From NCBI RefSeq assembly GCF_964355755.1, contig NC_092676.1:6487888-6551887 (forward strand): a stretch of 64,000 bases of DNA. The letters are read 5' to 3'. Below are positions 12,943-24,927 of this stretch, one piece after another; the first letter of the stretch is position 1; every line of letters begins with the position of its first letter. The position numbers and the translations under genes are program-made. Under the pieces are notes generated by a model, which ran no database searches, was not told where the DNA came from, and saw nothing but the letters and a program-made list of their open reading frames with translations. The DNA is from Antedon mediterranea (lineage: Eukaryota > Animalia > Echinodermata).

Positions 12943-14099
12943 TTAGTATGAAATATACTGTATCATTCTTGTTTACATTAAGTTTTATTATTTCTTAATG
13001 CGACAATTAATATGCAAATAATCCCCAACGGTTTAATTTGACACTTTTGGCGTTCCATACAAAATCACTACCACCAGGATACTATGTTCTGTGGTGTAAA
13101 AGGTCATTCTATGCTTACTTTTCTTAATCAACTTAAGCTGTATTGTTTCCTTTGCGACAATTTATATGCAACTAACTAATCCCAACCGGTTTCATTTCTT
13201 TCATGTTTTGCGAACATCTTCAACGTTTCCAACGAATGAACTAAGAGGTTGTAGGTCTACTGATAGATATAAAAACTAACGTTTTACAGGAAATTAAAAA
13301 TTAAAAGAAATCATGTGTTCTTGCTACTGGTCACAGATAACAGTCGAATGGTAACTTAAGTCATTACTCATAAATATGATGAAATAATGGCAGTAATAGT
13401 TTTACCCCCAATATTACCAGACTAACTTTAAGTTAGTTTTTTAGTGTACTGAAGGCAAGTTGCTGTTTAGTTTTATAGAATATTTGTGACCTAGTGAGTT
13501 TTACATTAAATTTCTTTGACTATTTATAACCACTATGAATGTTTCCAAAGTATGATTTTAGAATATACTGGGAAATAAAATGTTTGTTTGTAAACTCGAG
13601 AAAACTCCGACTTGTAAAGAAAAGTTACCAAAAGTTTTGCCAGATGACAGACTTTGGAAAAATTGCAGTTTGTAGAAGTCTACACTAGCAAACTTTAGTT
13701 GGCAAACAGAAATTCTGTTTACAGAAAAAAAAAATATAAAAAAATTAATAAAAATACCTTTTACAGAATTTGATATGCTAGTTTTCCAAAAAAAACGCAA
13801 AAAATAATATTAATTTATCCGCAATTGATAACAATTACAAAAATGATTGTTAACATCTGGTGAACAATGGCATGTTAACCGTACAACTGACGTGACGTAA
13901 ATAGTCGAAGAACGCACGCTGGTAAAACAACATAAGTATGATACCTTGACCTACAGAAAAAAATATGTTACTACATTAAATTAGAAGTGCATGTGTAATT
14001 AATACGGATAACTAAATAATGAATAACAATTCATACGTAACAGTATCTCCCACAAATTTATTTTCAACTACTGTATGAGAATGAGATTCAATTAAGAAG

Positions 14100-14600
14100 G
14101 CCTTCCAACGTAATATACTTCACCTACATTATAAAACTTAATACTTGCATTATTAAACGTAATGTATATTTATTTATGTAACGTATTCGCATTATGTTAC
14201 GTAGTTAAATGTTTACAAAATATATCGCAATGTAGGCCTACAATTACTTAACGTAATTAAATTAGTTAACGTAATGTAATCTAAAGTACTTTTACTAAAC
14301 GTAACGTACGGGTACTCGTTATTTACGTAACTTACTCGCCTATGTAACAAATTTATATGTTTACAAGATAGCAATGTAGGCCTACTTTACATGACTTAAC
14401 GTTCTTTTTACGTAACGCTTGGGTACTCGTTATTTACGTAACGTAATGGTTACGTAATGTGTCAGCATGTTTACAATATTTTACGCAACGTATGCATTAT
14501 TCAACGTAACAGTAATGTAATGTATTTAAACATTTTTAACATTATGTTAACTGCCCGAGGAAAGATGTAATTTCATTTTTCACTTATTTAACGTAATTCA
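14100..14600. repeat. Degenerate ACGTAA-rich tandem repeat region
   Basis: Many aacgtaa/ttacgtaa motifs; duplicated gggtactcgttatttacgtaac and gcaatgtaggcctac. Confidence 0.6.
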
Positions 14601-14799
14601 CAATTTTGAATAAAAAATATACATGTTGACATAGATGTAGGTAGGTAATTTAAATTATAAAAAGTGTAGGTTGTGGTTTCTTTAACAAATTAAAAACCGT
14701 GTGTTTACCCTCATTCTAGAATGCATTGTCCTAAATAATTTTTCTGTTCAACATTGCCGAGTTCAAGTGACAATAACAAAACGCCATTGTCAATACAAA

Positions 14800-15969
14800 T
14801 CAGACGTGACAGCTACTGTACGATCCAGTGATCCAGAAACACACCTGAGCAAACTTCAAAGGCGTTAACCGCAATGCCGCGTTCACCTTTTCTTCACGAC
14901 CACTCCCTTCCCTCAATGTGTGCTTACCAACAAATACGCCAACAACTTTGCGATCAAACTCTCCAAATAAACCATTCCACTCACGGATGTAAACACCAGC
15001 GCCTGATGCGCTAGAAGACGCGTCACAGAATTGATACGTCATACTTTGCTCTTCATATGCCACCGGACAATAGCGATACATCATGACAGACTGATCGGAT
15101 TGCTCGTCAAATGCGCCCATGTGCACGCGTGTTCCAGCACCAACGTTTCCGTGTGAACTTATGCTAAAATCCATTGGTTCCCGGTTATCAGGTGAGCGTT
15201 TAAGCTCAACGATAGCGTAGTCATCATGAAGAGGTACGGGGAGCAAAGCGCCTTTGCGGCTGTATCTGGTTATTGACCAAGCGGCTGGTAGATTTAGCTT
15301 AGCAACTCTTATCCAATAGAAAGCCTTTGATGGATCAGTGTTGACGTCATACGTGGAGAGCGTTTTGTTCTTTCTAAATCCTACTCTAATATCCTTGGTT
15401 TTGTGAATGTATTTTTTACCGTCGTGGAAACAATGTGCGGCTGTTAAAACGTGTTTTTCACCGACTAAAATTCCTGAGCATCCAATATTGAAAGTGACGA
15501 CTGCTGAGAACGGTAGGCCTTCGAACGCTTCCGCTTCGGTGATTGGAAAGCGCGTATCGTCTTGGAAGACGTCGCGTCTGTTACGCCTGTGCTCTTCAAG
15601 AAGATCCCAATCCAGCTCAGCTTTCTTCAACTTTTCAGAATATTCATTTAAATAATCCACAAAAGCGTGCTTTAATTTTACTCGTATGTCTTTCTTATTT
15701 CCATATTCGTCAACCGTTTCGTAAGATAAATCCTGCTCAGCTCGTTCTTTCGTGATAACATCCAATGTAGATTCTTCTTCATAGTCAATGGTTAAATTAA
15801 ATCCACCGGATCCGAATCCACCGCCAAATGTCGCCTGCTCTTCCTTCACAACCAGATGTACCGTGGTATCCTTTGGCAAATTAAATGTTTCCAGCCGTTT
15901 ATTCTCGAAAGCTAGTGAATTTGGAATGATTAAGCATATAAGAATACGTAGGCCTAGTATAGAATACAT
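14800..15969 (-). CDS. PRSS23: Secreted serine protease, PRSS23/PRSS35-like; single coding exon, 389 aa
   Basis: Signal peptide, furin-like RRNRR, GCSGILVGEKHVLTAAHCFHDGKKY (His), DDYAIVELKR (Asp), YQFCDASSSASGAGVY (Ser) and C-terminal LRLTPLKFAQVCFWI, all characteristic of PRSS23/35. Confidence 0.92.
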   Translation of the reverse strand: MYSILGLRILICLIIPNSLAFENKRLETFNLPKDTTVHLVVKEEQATFGGGFGSGGFNLTIDYEEESTLDVITKERAEQDLSYETVDEYGNKKDIRVKLKHAFVDYLNEYSEKLKKAELDWDLLEEHRRNRRDVFQDDTRFPITEAEAFEGLPFSAVVTFNIGCSGILVGEKHVLTAAHCFHDGKKYIHKTKDIRVGFRKNKTLSTYDVNTDPSKAFYWIRVAKLNLPAAWSITRYSRKGALLPVPLHDDYAIVELKRSPDNREPMDFSISSHGNVGAGTRVHMGAFDEQSDQSVMMYRYCPVAYEEQSMTYQFCDASSSASGAGVYIREWNGLFGEFDRKVVGVFVGKHTLREGSGREEKVNAALRLTPLKFAQVCFWITGSYSSCHV

Positions 15970-16139
15970 TTTTTAAGCCTTCTTTATCTGCTCAATTTCC
16001 TATTAAACTTGGCGGTATCCAGGGCTTGGTTAAGTATCACCTTCCAATAAAAAAAAAAATCCCGACGACTTTATATCCACGGGCACACACACACACCCCG
16101 AACCGACAAGATTAAAATCGGGAAATAATCAAACAGAAT

Positions 16140-16300
16140 AAAGATGCTGAAACTGGTTCTTTCTGATTGCTCCAATTCATTAATGGGCGGGACAAAGTAG
16201 AATAAACTTGATTGATTGGCGGAAGTAACTAACCCTGGATTATTTCCACCAATCAGTTACGTTATAAGAGGCGAACAGCTGACCAATCACAACCAGGATA
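16140..16300. promoter_or_regulatory. CCAAT/GC-box cluster, probable promoter of the protease, in the divergent gap to MFI
   Basis: GGGCGGG at ~16185, GATTGG at ~16214, CCAATCAG at ~16249 and CCAATCAC at ~16283, all 200-320 bp upstream of the protease ATG. Confidence 0.55.
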
Positions 16301-17676
16301 TCGTGTTAGTTCTCGTTAGTACAGCAGAAGGAAATTTCATAAGTTATTTCCGATTGTGGGGTACCACTGGAATAAACTAACAACTGTCGAAATGGAATAA
16401 ATTATGTTCTATGGTTCGATTTTGTTGGATTTATTACTATAATATTATTTCTATTTATTTTTAAAGGATTCATTGTCCCACAGGAAGAGAATAAATATTT
16501 AATACCTTGAACTTTTAAAGTAGGGTGTTATGGTTGAATTGAAAAAGAGAGAACCATTTATAGTGATGATGTATAATACAAGCTACTGAAAACATAAAGA
16601 TTGTTAAGGCATTGTTATGTAACACTAATTTCTTTATCTAAATCAAATATTGAAAGAATACATTCCTAAAGTATAAATAACTAATTTATAAGTAGGCCTA
16701 GGCATATTACTATAACAAGTACAACCTTTTTTGATCGATTAAAAATAATGCAGAGGGAAAAAATCTATATAGCGCCCTCCTTTTTTAAAAATCTCCACGG
16801 TAACATTATGCGCTGATGATCTGAGAGATAAGGAGAGGTGTGAATGAAAATCAAGTCTGTTAAATGCTATTTCTATTACATAATGTAATTAAAATGTGAC
16901 ATTTAATTAGGTCATACATGTGTTAATAGGATACTGTAAGTTGTGAATTCATTTTGCTTTATTGACTAACTAAGCAGACCTAAACAAGCCTAGGCCTAGC
17001 CATCCTTCCAGCACACTCACTCAGCAGCTCTCAACAGCAGAGCGGAAGCGGCTGTTCAGGCCTACGGTAGGCTATATAGGTCTGGGCTAGGCCTAGGTAA
17101 TCGAAACAATGACAGTATGATATAGGCTAGGCTAGACGTTGTTCTAGAGCATATCCTTTTTTTGGTATTGCCGTGACTGGATAGACTAATTAGCCTATAA
17201 TAGGCTTTTTTAGGCCTACTAGGCCTAGGCCTAGGCCTTGCTAATTGATTTTTCTTTCTTTCACTTTCTTTAAATTATTTATAAATAAAGGTAGGCCTAC
17301 TGGTGGTCCGTCCGTAATCCGTAGGTCTAAGGCTTAGCCTAGAGGCCTATACATTATTATTATTGGCCTACTAGACTATAAAGCTAGCTAGGGCCAGCTA
17401 CTACTAGATTTCCAACTTACTGTCTACCTTCTAGAGCTTGTTGTTTACATAGTAGGTAGGCCTAGGGCCTATGTAGGTATGGAAATGAAATGAATGATTT
17501 TAGCCAAATTGCCATCAGTAATAATAGATAGGCTAATTAGGCCTAACCTAGTAATTACAGACAACATTGTGTAGGATAATACGAATAATACTTGACACCT
17601 TTTTTTTCCGTCAATAACGAATTATCAAATAATTTTAAATCATGATTGAAAATATTTTTTTTCAGAATAACTCAAG

Positions 17677-20600
17677 ATGTTAAGTAAAAAACAAGTGTTA
17701 GATATACTGGAAGCTGTGACATTTCCAGGTTTGTTTAGAAATATTCAGATTGCAGTATAATCATTTATGATATAAAAGATAATTTAAGAATTCTGAATAT
17801 ATACGATGCCATCGTCTTGACTGAAACAGAAAATGACTCGCTAAGACCACATTTACATATGTTAGGCGCCTGGGTTTAGGATCAAGTCGAAATATAATTG
17901 TTTGTGTCCGATCTATGTTGACTCCCATACCACCAAACAGCAGCTCCGACTTTGTGGAGTATTTACACTTGCCGACCCAGGCCCAGTTCTAGGCCGACCC
18001 TAATTGTAAGTTTAAAAGGGGTCAAACCTGCTTTAATGCCCTTAAAAAGTAATGCAGTTTACTTTTTTGGGCACATCACACACTTTTTGTCAAACTAGTT
18101 TGATGGTCTACACAGCCTGGCTTGACAGTAACTCTATTTGTCACTCTGTTTATAAATGTTATACTTTCAATACATTTTCTAGGAGATGAAGCAAATGATA
18201 AAGTGCTTGCCTTTTCAAAGTCACCAAAATCTGAAAGACTAAAAATTATTAAAGAGAGTAGCAGTCATGATGACAGGAGGCTGGCGGCTACTATTGAGCT
18301 TCAAAGGTTGTGGAGGGGATGCCAAGTTAGGTGAGAAGATAATAATTAAACCACAATAATTAAATAGCTAAAGCTAGAATGATAATGAAATGATAAGAAT
18401 AAGAAGTGAGAATGCACCCATTTGTGACCTGCTTGTGCCATATTTTTTCCCCAAAGCACCTTGTTATTATCTAATAGCCAAAAGAGTAATGAATTCTCTC
18501 CTTGTGTGATAATAATAATAATCACCAAACATTTATATATTGACAATTCCAAAAAGATGATTACAGCCGCATTTTAAAATTTGTATCCTGAAATGTTCTA
18601 AATAAATGGGTTTTTAAGCTAATTTTAAATGAGTCGAAATGTTTGATCACAGACGCTGTGGCTGGCACAAACCCATACAGGACTTTTTCGAGTCTCTGTA
18701 ATAAAGGTCCATGATTGGCGGAAATGACTAATTGACTGGAATCCTGCTTCTACCATAGAATACCAAAAACAAGCAAGGTCTCTTCACTTGTCTAAATGAA
18801 TCCTTTTATACCCTTCATGTACGGTGTGAATTTCCGTTCATTTACATGGTATATATGTCGCCTCTTCCAAATCCGCAATAAAAATTTAATATTTACACAA
18901 CCTAAACTTTTTTTTTTCAGGTGTGCAATTTTAGCGGCGCTGCATCCCCACCTCAGCACAGAGGTTATCTACCAACAGTTAAAATCAAGCAAGCATAGAC
19001 TACAAGATGTAGAAACACCACCAAGATCAAAATCAACATCCCCCGTCAAGAAGTCTTCCTCTAAAAATCTTGTTAAATCTGATTCCAGTTCCGGCAATAA
19101 GTCTCCAGTTTCAAAGGTAAAATTTGTATTTCTTACCTTATTTTTAAGTTTGTATGTTTTGAAAGTTTCTGTCTGTATCTGATTGATATCGACATGGTCC
19201 ACTGTGTGAGGATGGATGGTCAACTTATCGTGTAATGGAGGGTAACTTATTGTTTCCTACTGTATATGCATGGTCAACTGTTGTCTATAGATACAGAGAA
19301 CTAGGCAGTGGCAATAGTAAAATGGACATTACATCTACTTACTGTAACAATAGAAAATAATAATAATTTACAAGTATGGATGACCATACCATTGGCATGG
19401 ATGACCGTACCATTGGCATGGATGACCGTACCATTGGCATGGTTGACCGTACCATTAGCATAGTTGACCATACCATTGGTATAGTGACCGTGAAATTGGT
19501 GTGTATACTATTGGTATGGTGACTGTACCATTGGTATGGTGACCGTCCTGTTGGTATGGTGAAAATACCATTGGCATGATGACCATACCATTGGTATAGT
19601 GACTGTACCATTAGCATAGTTCACCATACAGTACCATTGGCATGGTTGACCATACCATTGGTATAGTGACCGTAAAATTGGTGTGTATACTATTGGTATG
19701 GTGACTGTACCATTGGTATGGTGACCGTCCTGTTGGTATGGTGAAAATACCATTGGCATGATGACCATACCATTGGTATAGTGACTGTACCATTAGCATA
19801 GTTCACCATACAGTACCATTGGCATGGTTGACCATACCATTGGTATAGTGACCGTAAAATTGGTGTGTATACTATTGGTATGGTGACTGTACCATTGGTA
19901 TGGTGACCGTCCTGTTGGTATGGTGAAAATACCATTGGCATGATGACCTTACCATTGGTATGGTGACTGTACCATTAGCATAGTTCACCATACAGTACCA
20001 TTGGTATGGTGACTGTACCATGAGCATAGTTCACCATAGTATTAGCATAGTTGACAATACCATTAGCATAGTTGACCGTACCGAAAGCTTATGGTAAATT
20101 TCGATGGTGTCTCTTTAATGTGGGTTCGCACTTGTCATGTAGCAACACATTCTACCTACCATGTTGATCTCTAATACCCATGTGTGTATAAATGGGTACC
20201 AGCCGAGTTCTATTAAAAAATGTTATTTTCAGAAGCCAAGTATCAAAGGTTTACATAAACCAACTGCCAAAGAACGGTTACAAAAGTACTACAGAAATTC
20301 AGCCATTCAAAAGGGGCATAAAGACATTTTATCGTGAGTATTGTACATGATTGCAGACATACTGAGGAAATATTACTTATTTTGCATACATTCAACTAAA
20401 AATTGTCCGTTAAACAAATTGAAAATATATATCATCTAATAATAAGTGCATCTAATTTATGTTTAAATTTTTCAGTTTTGAACATTTCTGTGCAAATTTT
20501 ATCCAGAACTGGTGGAATAAAGTTTATAGAAAACGAACAAAAACGAGTAAAAAGTCGGTAAGAATATCGCCACCTTCACCGCAAACATTCTCGCCAAAGG

Positions 20601-23600
20601 ATAGCCACGTAGATGTTATTCCCGTCAAGCCTGTTATCTATTACAAGAAAAAGAAAAGATCCGGACCTCTGGATCGCAACGAGGCTGCTAAGATTATACA
20701 GTGTGCGTGGCGTAGACACATAGTGAGTATTCAGATAAAGATATTTCCACAAAAACCACACAAGCCTCGAAACACCCAATCCCACCAAACAAACACTCTG
20801 GCCACAAATAATTCAATAATATGAATAGTTACTATGGGGTGGGGGATGACCCAGTATGGAATTGACAACAATACTTTTTTTCTACAATAATCATATGAAT
20901 GAATGTTTGTTTCCATTTTAATTATAAAATATAAAAGTCTATGAATATTATTAACAGTTATTATTCAGAAACTGGAGTAGATTTTCGAGTCGGGTTGGTG
21001 AACATCAGTCCAAAATACGCAGAATTTTTTCCAAAATACGTCAAGTTGAGGGCGCTATACTAATCCAAAATACGCGAGTCTTTCCAAAATACGTCGACTT
21101 GAGGGCGCTATTCATTTTCCAAAATACGTGAATTGTCCAAAATACGTCAAGTTGAGGGCGCTATAAATTATCCCAAATACATGAATTGTCCAAAATACGT
21201 CAAATTGAGGGCGCTATTTATTTCCAAAATACGCGATTTGTCCAAAATACGTCAATTTGCAATTTGGGACCGCTAGTAATTTTCCAAAATACGTCAACTT
21301 GAGGGCGGCAAACTTTTTTTCCAAAATACGAGAGCCTTTCCAAATGTATCATATTGAGAGTGTAAGGTAAAATTACAGTTTAATGTATTCAAAAAAAGTT
21401 TCTTGGAATAAAACAAACAAGTACATTTTAGTTATAAATGAAAGTATTAGAATGCAGAATTTTTTGTAAATAAAATGTCATAGAGTAGCCAATTTTTTAA
21501 TGTAATCATTTATTACTGAAAAACAACAAATATGTGCCAACATCAGTCAATAGACAGTGCCTATAATATACGTTAATAATGTCTGAACGATGTACGATTG
21601 CATTGCCAGACGTAGCTAGTTTAAATGCGGCATAAACCGGCTACAAAACCAGCATGTACGTATATAGTATTTAAGTATAGTCATAGGTATGTGTTATATA
21701 TTTGGTGATCTACAAAATCAATATTTTTCCCGAGCTCGACAGACAAACATCGCTTTCAATTTAATGTACAGTACTTATGGTCTAATAAGTTACCTAATCG
21801 GAAATCTAACATAATAATTATTTCATATAATATATAATAATAAAAAGCATATGGTATTGTGATTAAAATAATATCAATAATTAATTGGTTAGAAGAAGTA
21901 AAGGAGTTATTTAAATTGCGTATTTTGGAAAATGAATAGCGCTCTCAAGTTGACGTATTTTGGAAAATTACAAGCGGTTCCAAATTGACGTATTTTGGAC
22001 AAATTGCGTATTTTGGAAAATGACTAGCGCCCTCAACTTGAAGTATTTTGGACAATTCGCGTATTTTGGAAAATGAATAGCGCCCCCAAGTCGACGTATT
22101 TTGGAAAGACTCGCGTATTTTGGATTAGTATAGCGCCCTCAACTTGACGTATTTTGGAAAAAATTCTGCGTATTTTGGACTGAATTTCACCAACCCTATT
22201 GAGATTTTCATTGTTTTAAAATTTATTTTTTTATTTATTTGAATTTAAAATCAAATACAGAGCTAACGATAAAGAGCTAGACTTGTATTGCAGCCGAAAA
22301 AAAAATTGAAAAATCAAAAACAAAAATATCCAAGTATAATTTATATTGCAATAATATACAATTGCTGAAAACTTTTTTTGCAAGGTAGAGAGTCTGTTAT
22401 GTGTTAGTTTATTATTAATTTCATAGGATGTTCAAGTCTATCGTTACTATCGTGATCTTATTAACTTCAAGTGTCGTGGAGACCCATCAATGATGCTTAA
22501 ATGCATTAACCCCAAGGAAGCTGCCTTGCTAGATGCTGCAGCTGGCATCCACATCAAGTTCAGATTGGCTGGGGTAGGTTTTGACACTTTGAAGATAAGT
22601 TGTACTGTCAATGTGTCGTCCTTCAGATTGAACTTCTTAAAAGTGGTTCCATATTTTACATGCGAACTTCTTTGTGGGAAGTTATGAACATAGTGTACAG
22701 TTGAAACCCTTCCTTCTTCTTCAGAGGAACATCTATTCAGGGGACACACCTTTATTAAGATGACACTTTCCTGTGAAATGAACGAAGGGCAATATGTCTT
22801 AACACTACAACCTATTCCGGAGACACCGGTAACTTTAGTCCCAAAGTCTTCCCTAATCTCAATTAATTTATATTTTGCATAATTTTAATTTGGTATTTAG
22901 GATAGATTTCCACCAAACATCTACTACAAGATATACACCCATCGTAACATTGTTGATATGTGTGCCAACAGTCCTAAGGATTACACCAAGGCATGTACTA
23001 AGCGAGCAGCAGCCAGAGATGTACACAACAAAACGAACACACGCATACGGAGTAATGGCAAGCAGGGCTGGTATAAGCGGTTTGAAAATAACGGATGGAG
23101 ACTTGTCTCTGATAGGGTTAGTTTTTTATTCCATTGTTTTCAAGTAGAATTAAGCCTAATTCCACACTAGCTAACTTTATTAAACTTTTGGATAAATTGT
23201 GGTGTCTGTCTATAGTAGTTACAGGGCTGTCATTTAGTCTTTGGATTCACATGTACAAATACAGTACTATTAATTTATTGGCTTAAGCTGACAATGTTCA
23301 GCAAAATAAGTTTGTCAAGAAGGTGCATAGCTTTCAATAACTGGAAATTTAATCTTTAAAGCAATTTGTATTTACTAGAATTAAGTAATAGTAATTGAAT
23401 TTTGTGAGCATTGGAAAAGTTATACAATTTTCACCAGAGAAAGTCAAAAGAAAAACTATTTGTTGTAAATTTCAGTTGCTTGTAAGAGCGGACCAAGACC
23501 CTGTAGCATGGGAGTCATCAAAAGTAACCAAAGATTTTCACCATTCAAAATTAAAAAGACAAGAAGATGTAGACAAGAAAAAAAGAAAGAGAAAAGTAGA

Positions 23601-24927
23601 ATGGATGAAGAAAATGTAAGTAATAATAAATAAAATGGACTATTAATTATAACATAATGTCTCCTTTCACACCTGTTCCGGTTCATGGTGGCAGTGTTGA
23701 CTCCAGCTCACATCAAGGTGGTTCAGGACCCAGCTGCGTATTTATACTACTCCGGTCCAGCAAAAAAAGAAATCGCTTTTCAAACTACTATATCATCTGG
23801 TTGCTGGAAGGTGGTTATGTCGCTAGAAACTGGAACACAACACAAGTAAATAAGAACACTGACAGCATTGAAAGCAGTGCGAATTTAATTGGTGCTCCAG
23901 AGCCAAATCCAGATCAATTGTAAAGATCCTTAACACTGTCTAAAATGGCCTTTATATTGTGAATATGGGTGTACAGTGATTCCTCTTTAATTTTTGCAGG
24001 TATAAAGAAGGTATGTTAAAAGCCAAAAGTGGTGATGCTGACACTGTGTCCATCATAGAGGGCACTGCTCAGGGAATGGTGTCTGCCTTTGAAAAAGATG
24101 GTGTCCACGCCGTTGACGAGTGTGAGGTCGATGAACTTTTAGAATGGACAACTGGATTAAATTTTGAAGAGTAAGCGTTTGATTTTAAAAATAAATGAAT
24201 ATAACTTGCTGCTAATGAAATGTAATTATCTAAATTTTTTTTAATGTTTCATGCATCATGCTAAAACAGTCTTTTTTTTACAGTATTCATTGTGTAATTG
24301 ATTTATTTTCTGTATCTGTATTATCTTATAATTTTTATTTATTTTTTATACCAGTTATTGGACAGGTTGGAAAGAAATTGCTACTAGCAGTGGCTCAGAA
24401 CAAGCTGCAGGTACCGACTTTGAATATAAATCCAATTTTATAAAATTATATTTTTATAACCTTTTTATAATTCTGTTATGGATATGTTTGAAGGATTTGA
24501 AAGAATCATGTCTATGGAAAATAACACCAGTCTTCACTTTCAAACTAGTTTGACAAAAAATGTGTGATGTGCCCAACTTTAGTAGTGATATGCCCAGATA
24601 TGGTAGTGATATGCCCAAATATGGTAGTGATATGACATCATCATGTCCATATGGGCACATCACACTTTTTGTTGTCACATACAATCTGATGTAGAAAAAG
24701 CTTTAGGAATGTAGTATCCCCATAAATATATACATAAGTAATAGTAAAAGTGATCATTTATCTTTTTATCAGATGGTCGAATTAACTTTGGCACATCAGC
24801 ACAAGATCCTTACGAGATCACATTCTCTGCAGACACCAAACTCACTATGAACTCTCCTCAAGGACATCCTGCCAACAACAATCGCATCATTGTTCCTAAT
24901 CCACCAATAACCTCTTCTACAAACTGA
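17677..24927 (+). CDS. C11orf65: MFI/C11orf65 homolog (IQ-motif protein); 11 coding exons, 542 aa
   Basis: Exons 17677-17728, 18183-18330, 18921-19116, 20233-20333, 20476-20722, 22427-22573, 22901-23116, 23476-23615, 24000-24170, 24355-24410, 24773-24927. All introns GT-AG and phase-consistent (1629 nt). Motifs INPKEAALLDAAAGIHIKFRL, FPPNIYYKIYTHR, CANSPKDY, GWYKRFENNGWR, FHHSKLKRQ and EVDELLEWT match C11orf65/MFI as recalled. Confidence 0.9.
18530..18870 (-). mobile_element. Degraded L2/CR1 LINE 3' fragment
   Basis: Minus strand reads ...FDSFKISLKTHLF, preceded by 'gaccttta' and 'tccagtc' motifs. Tail atataaatg..tattatt similar to the other L2 tails here. Confidence 0.5.
19375..20082. repeat. 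Minisatellite of ~21-bp units (ACCATTGGYATGGTGACYGT) with a 182-bp higher-order repeat
   Basis: The marker gtraaattggtgtgtatactattgg recurs at ~19490, 19672 and 19854. Confidence 0.9.
20992..22196. mobile_element. Foldback-type non-autonomous DNA transposon with ~300-350 bp modular inverted arms
   Basis: GGGTTGGTGAACATCAGTCCAAAATACGCAG... and ...CTGCGTATTTTGGACTGAATTTCACCAACCC. Arms are built of CCAAAATACG / TTGAGGGCGCT subunits around a ~570-bp AT-rich spacer. Confidence 0.85.
24530..24702. mobile_element. MITE family A copy with 3 internal 21-mers
   Basis: caaactagtttgacaaaaaatgtgtgatgtgccc...ccaaatatggtagtgatatgacatcatcatgtccat; degenerate TIRs. Confidence 0.8.

Noticed and set aside
15407-15976. 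Plus-strand ORFs overlapping the protease
   Set aside because: Antisense shadows of the real minus-strand CDS.
19339-19941. Overlapping minus-strand ORFs; CRISPR-like appearance
   Set aside because: A tandem satellite in an intron with no unique spacers and no cas genes, in a eukaryotic genome.
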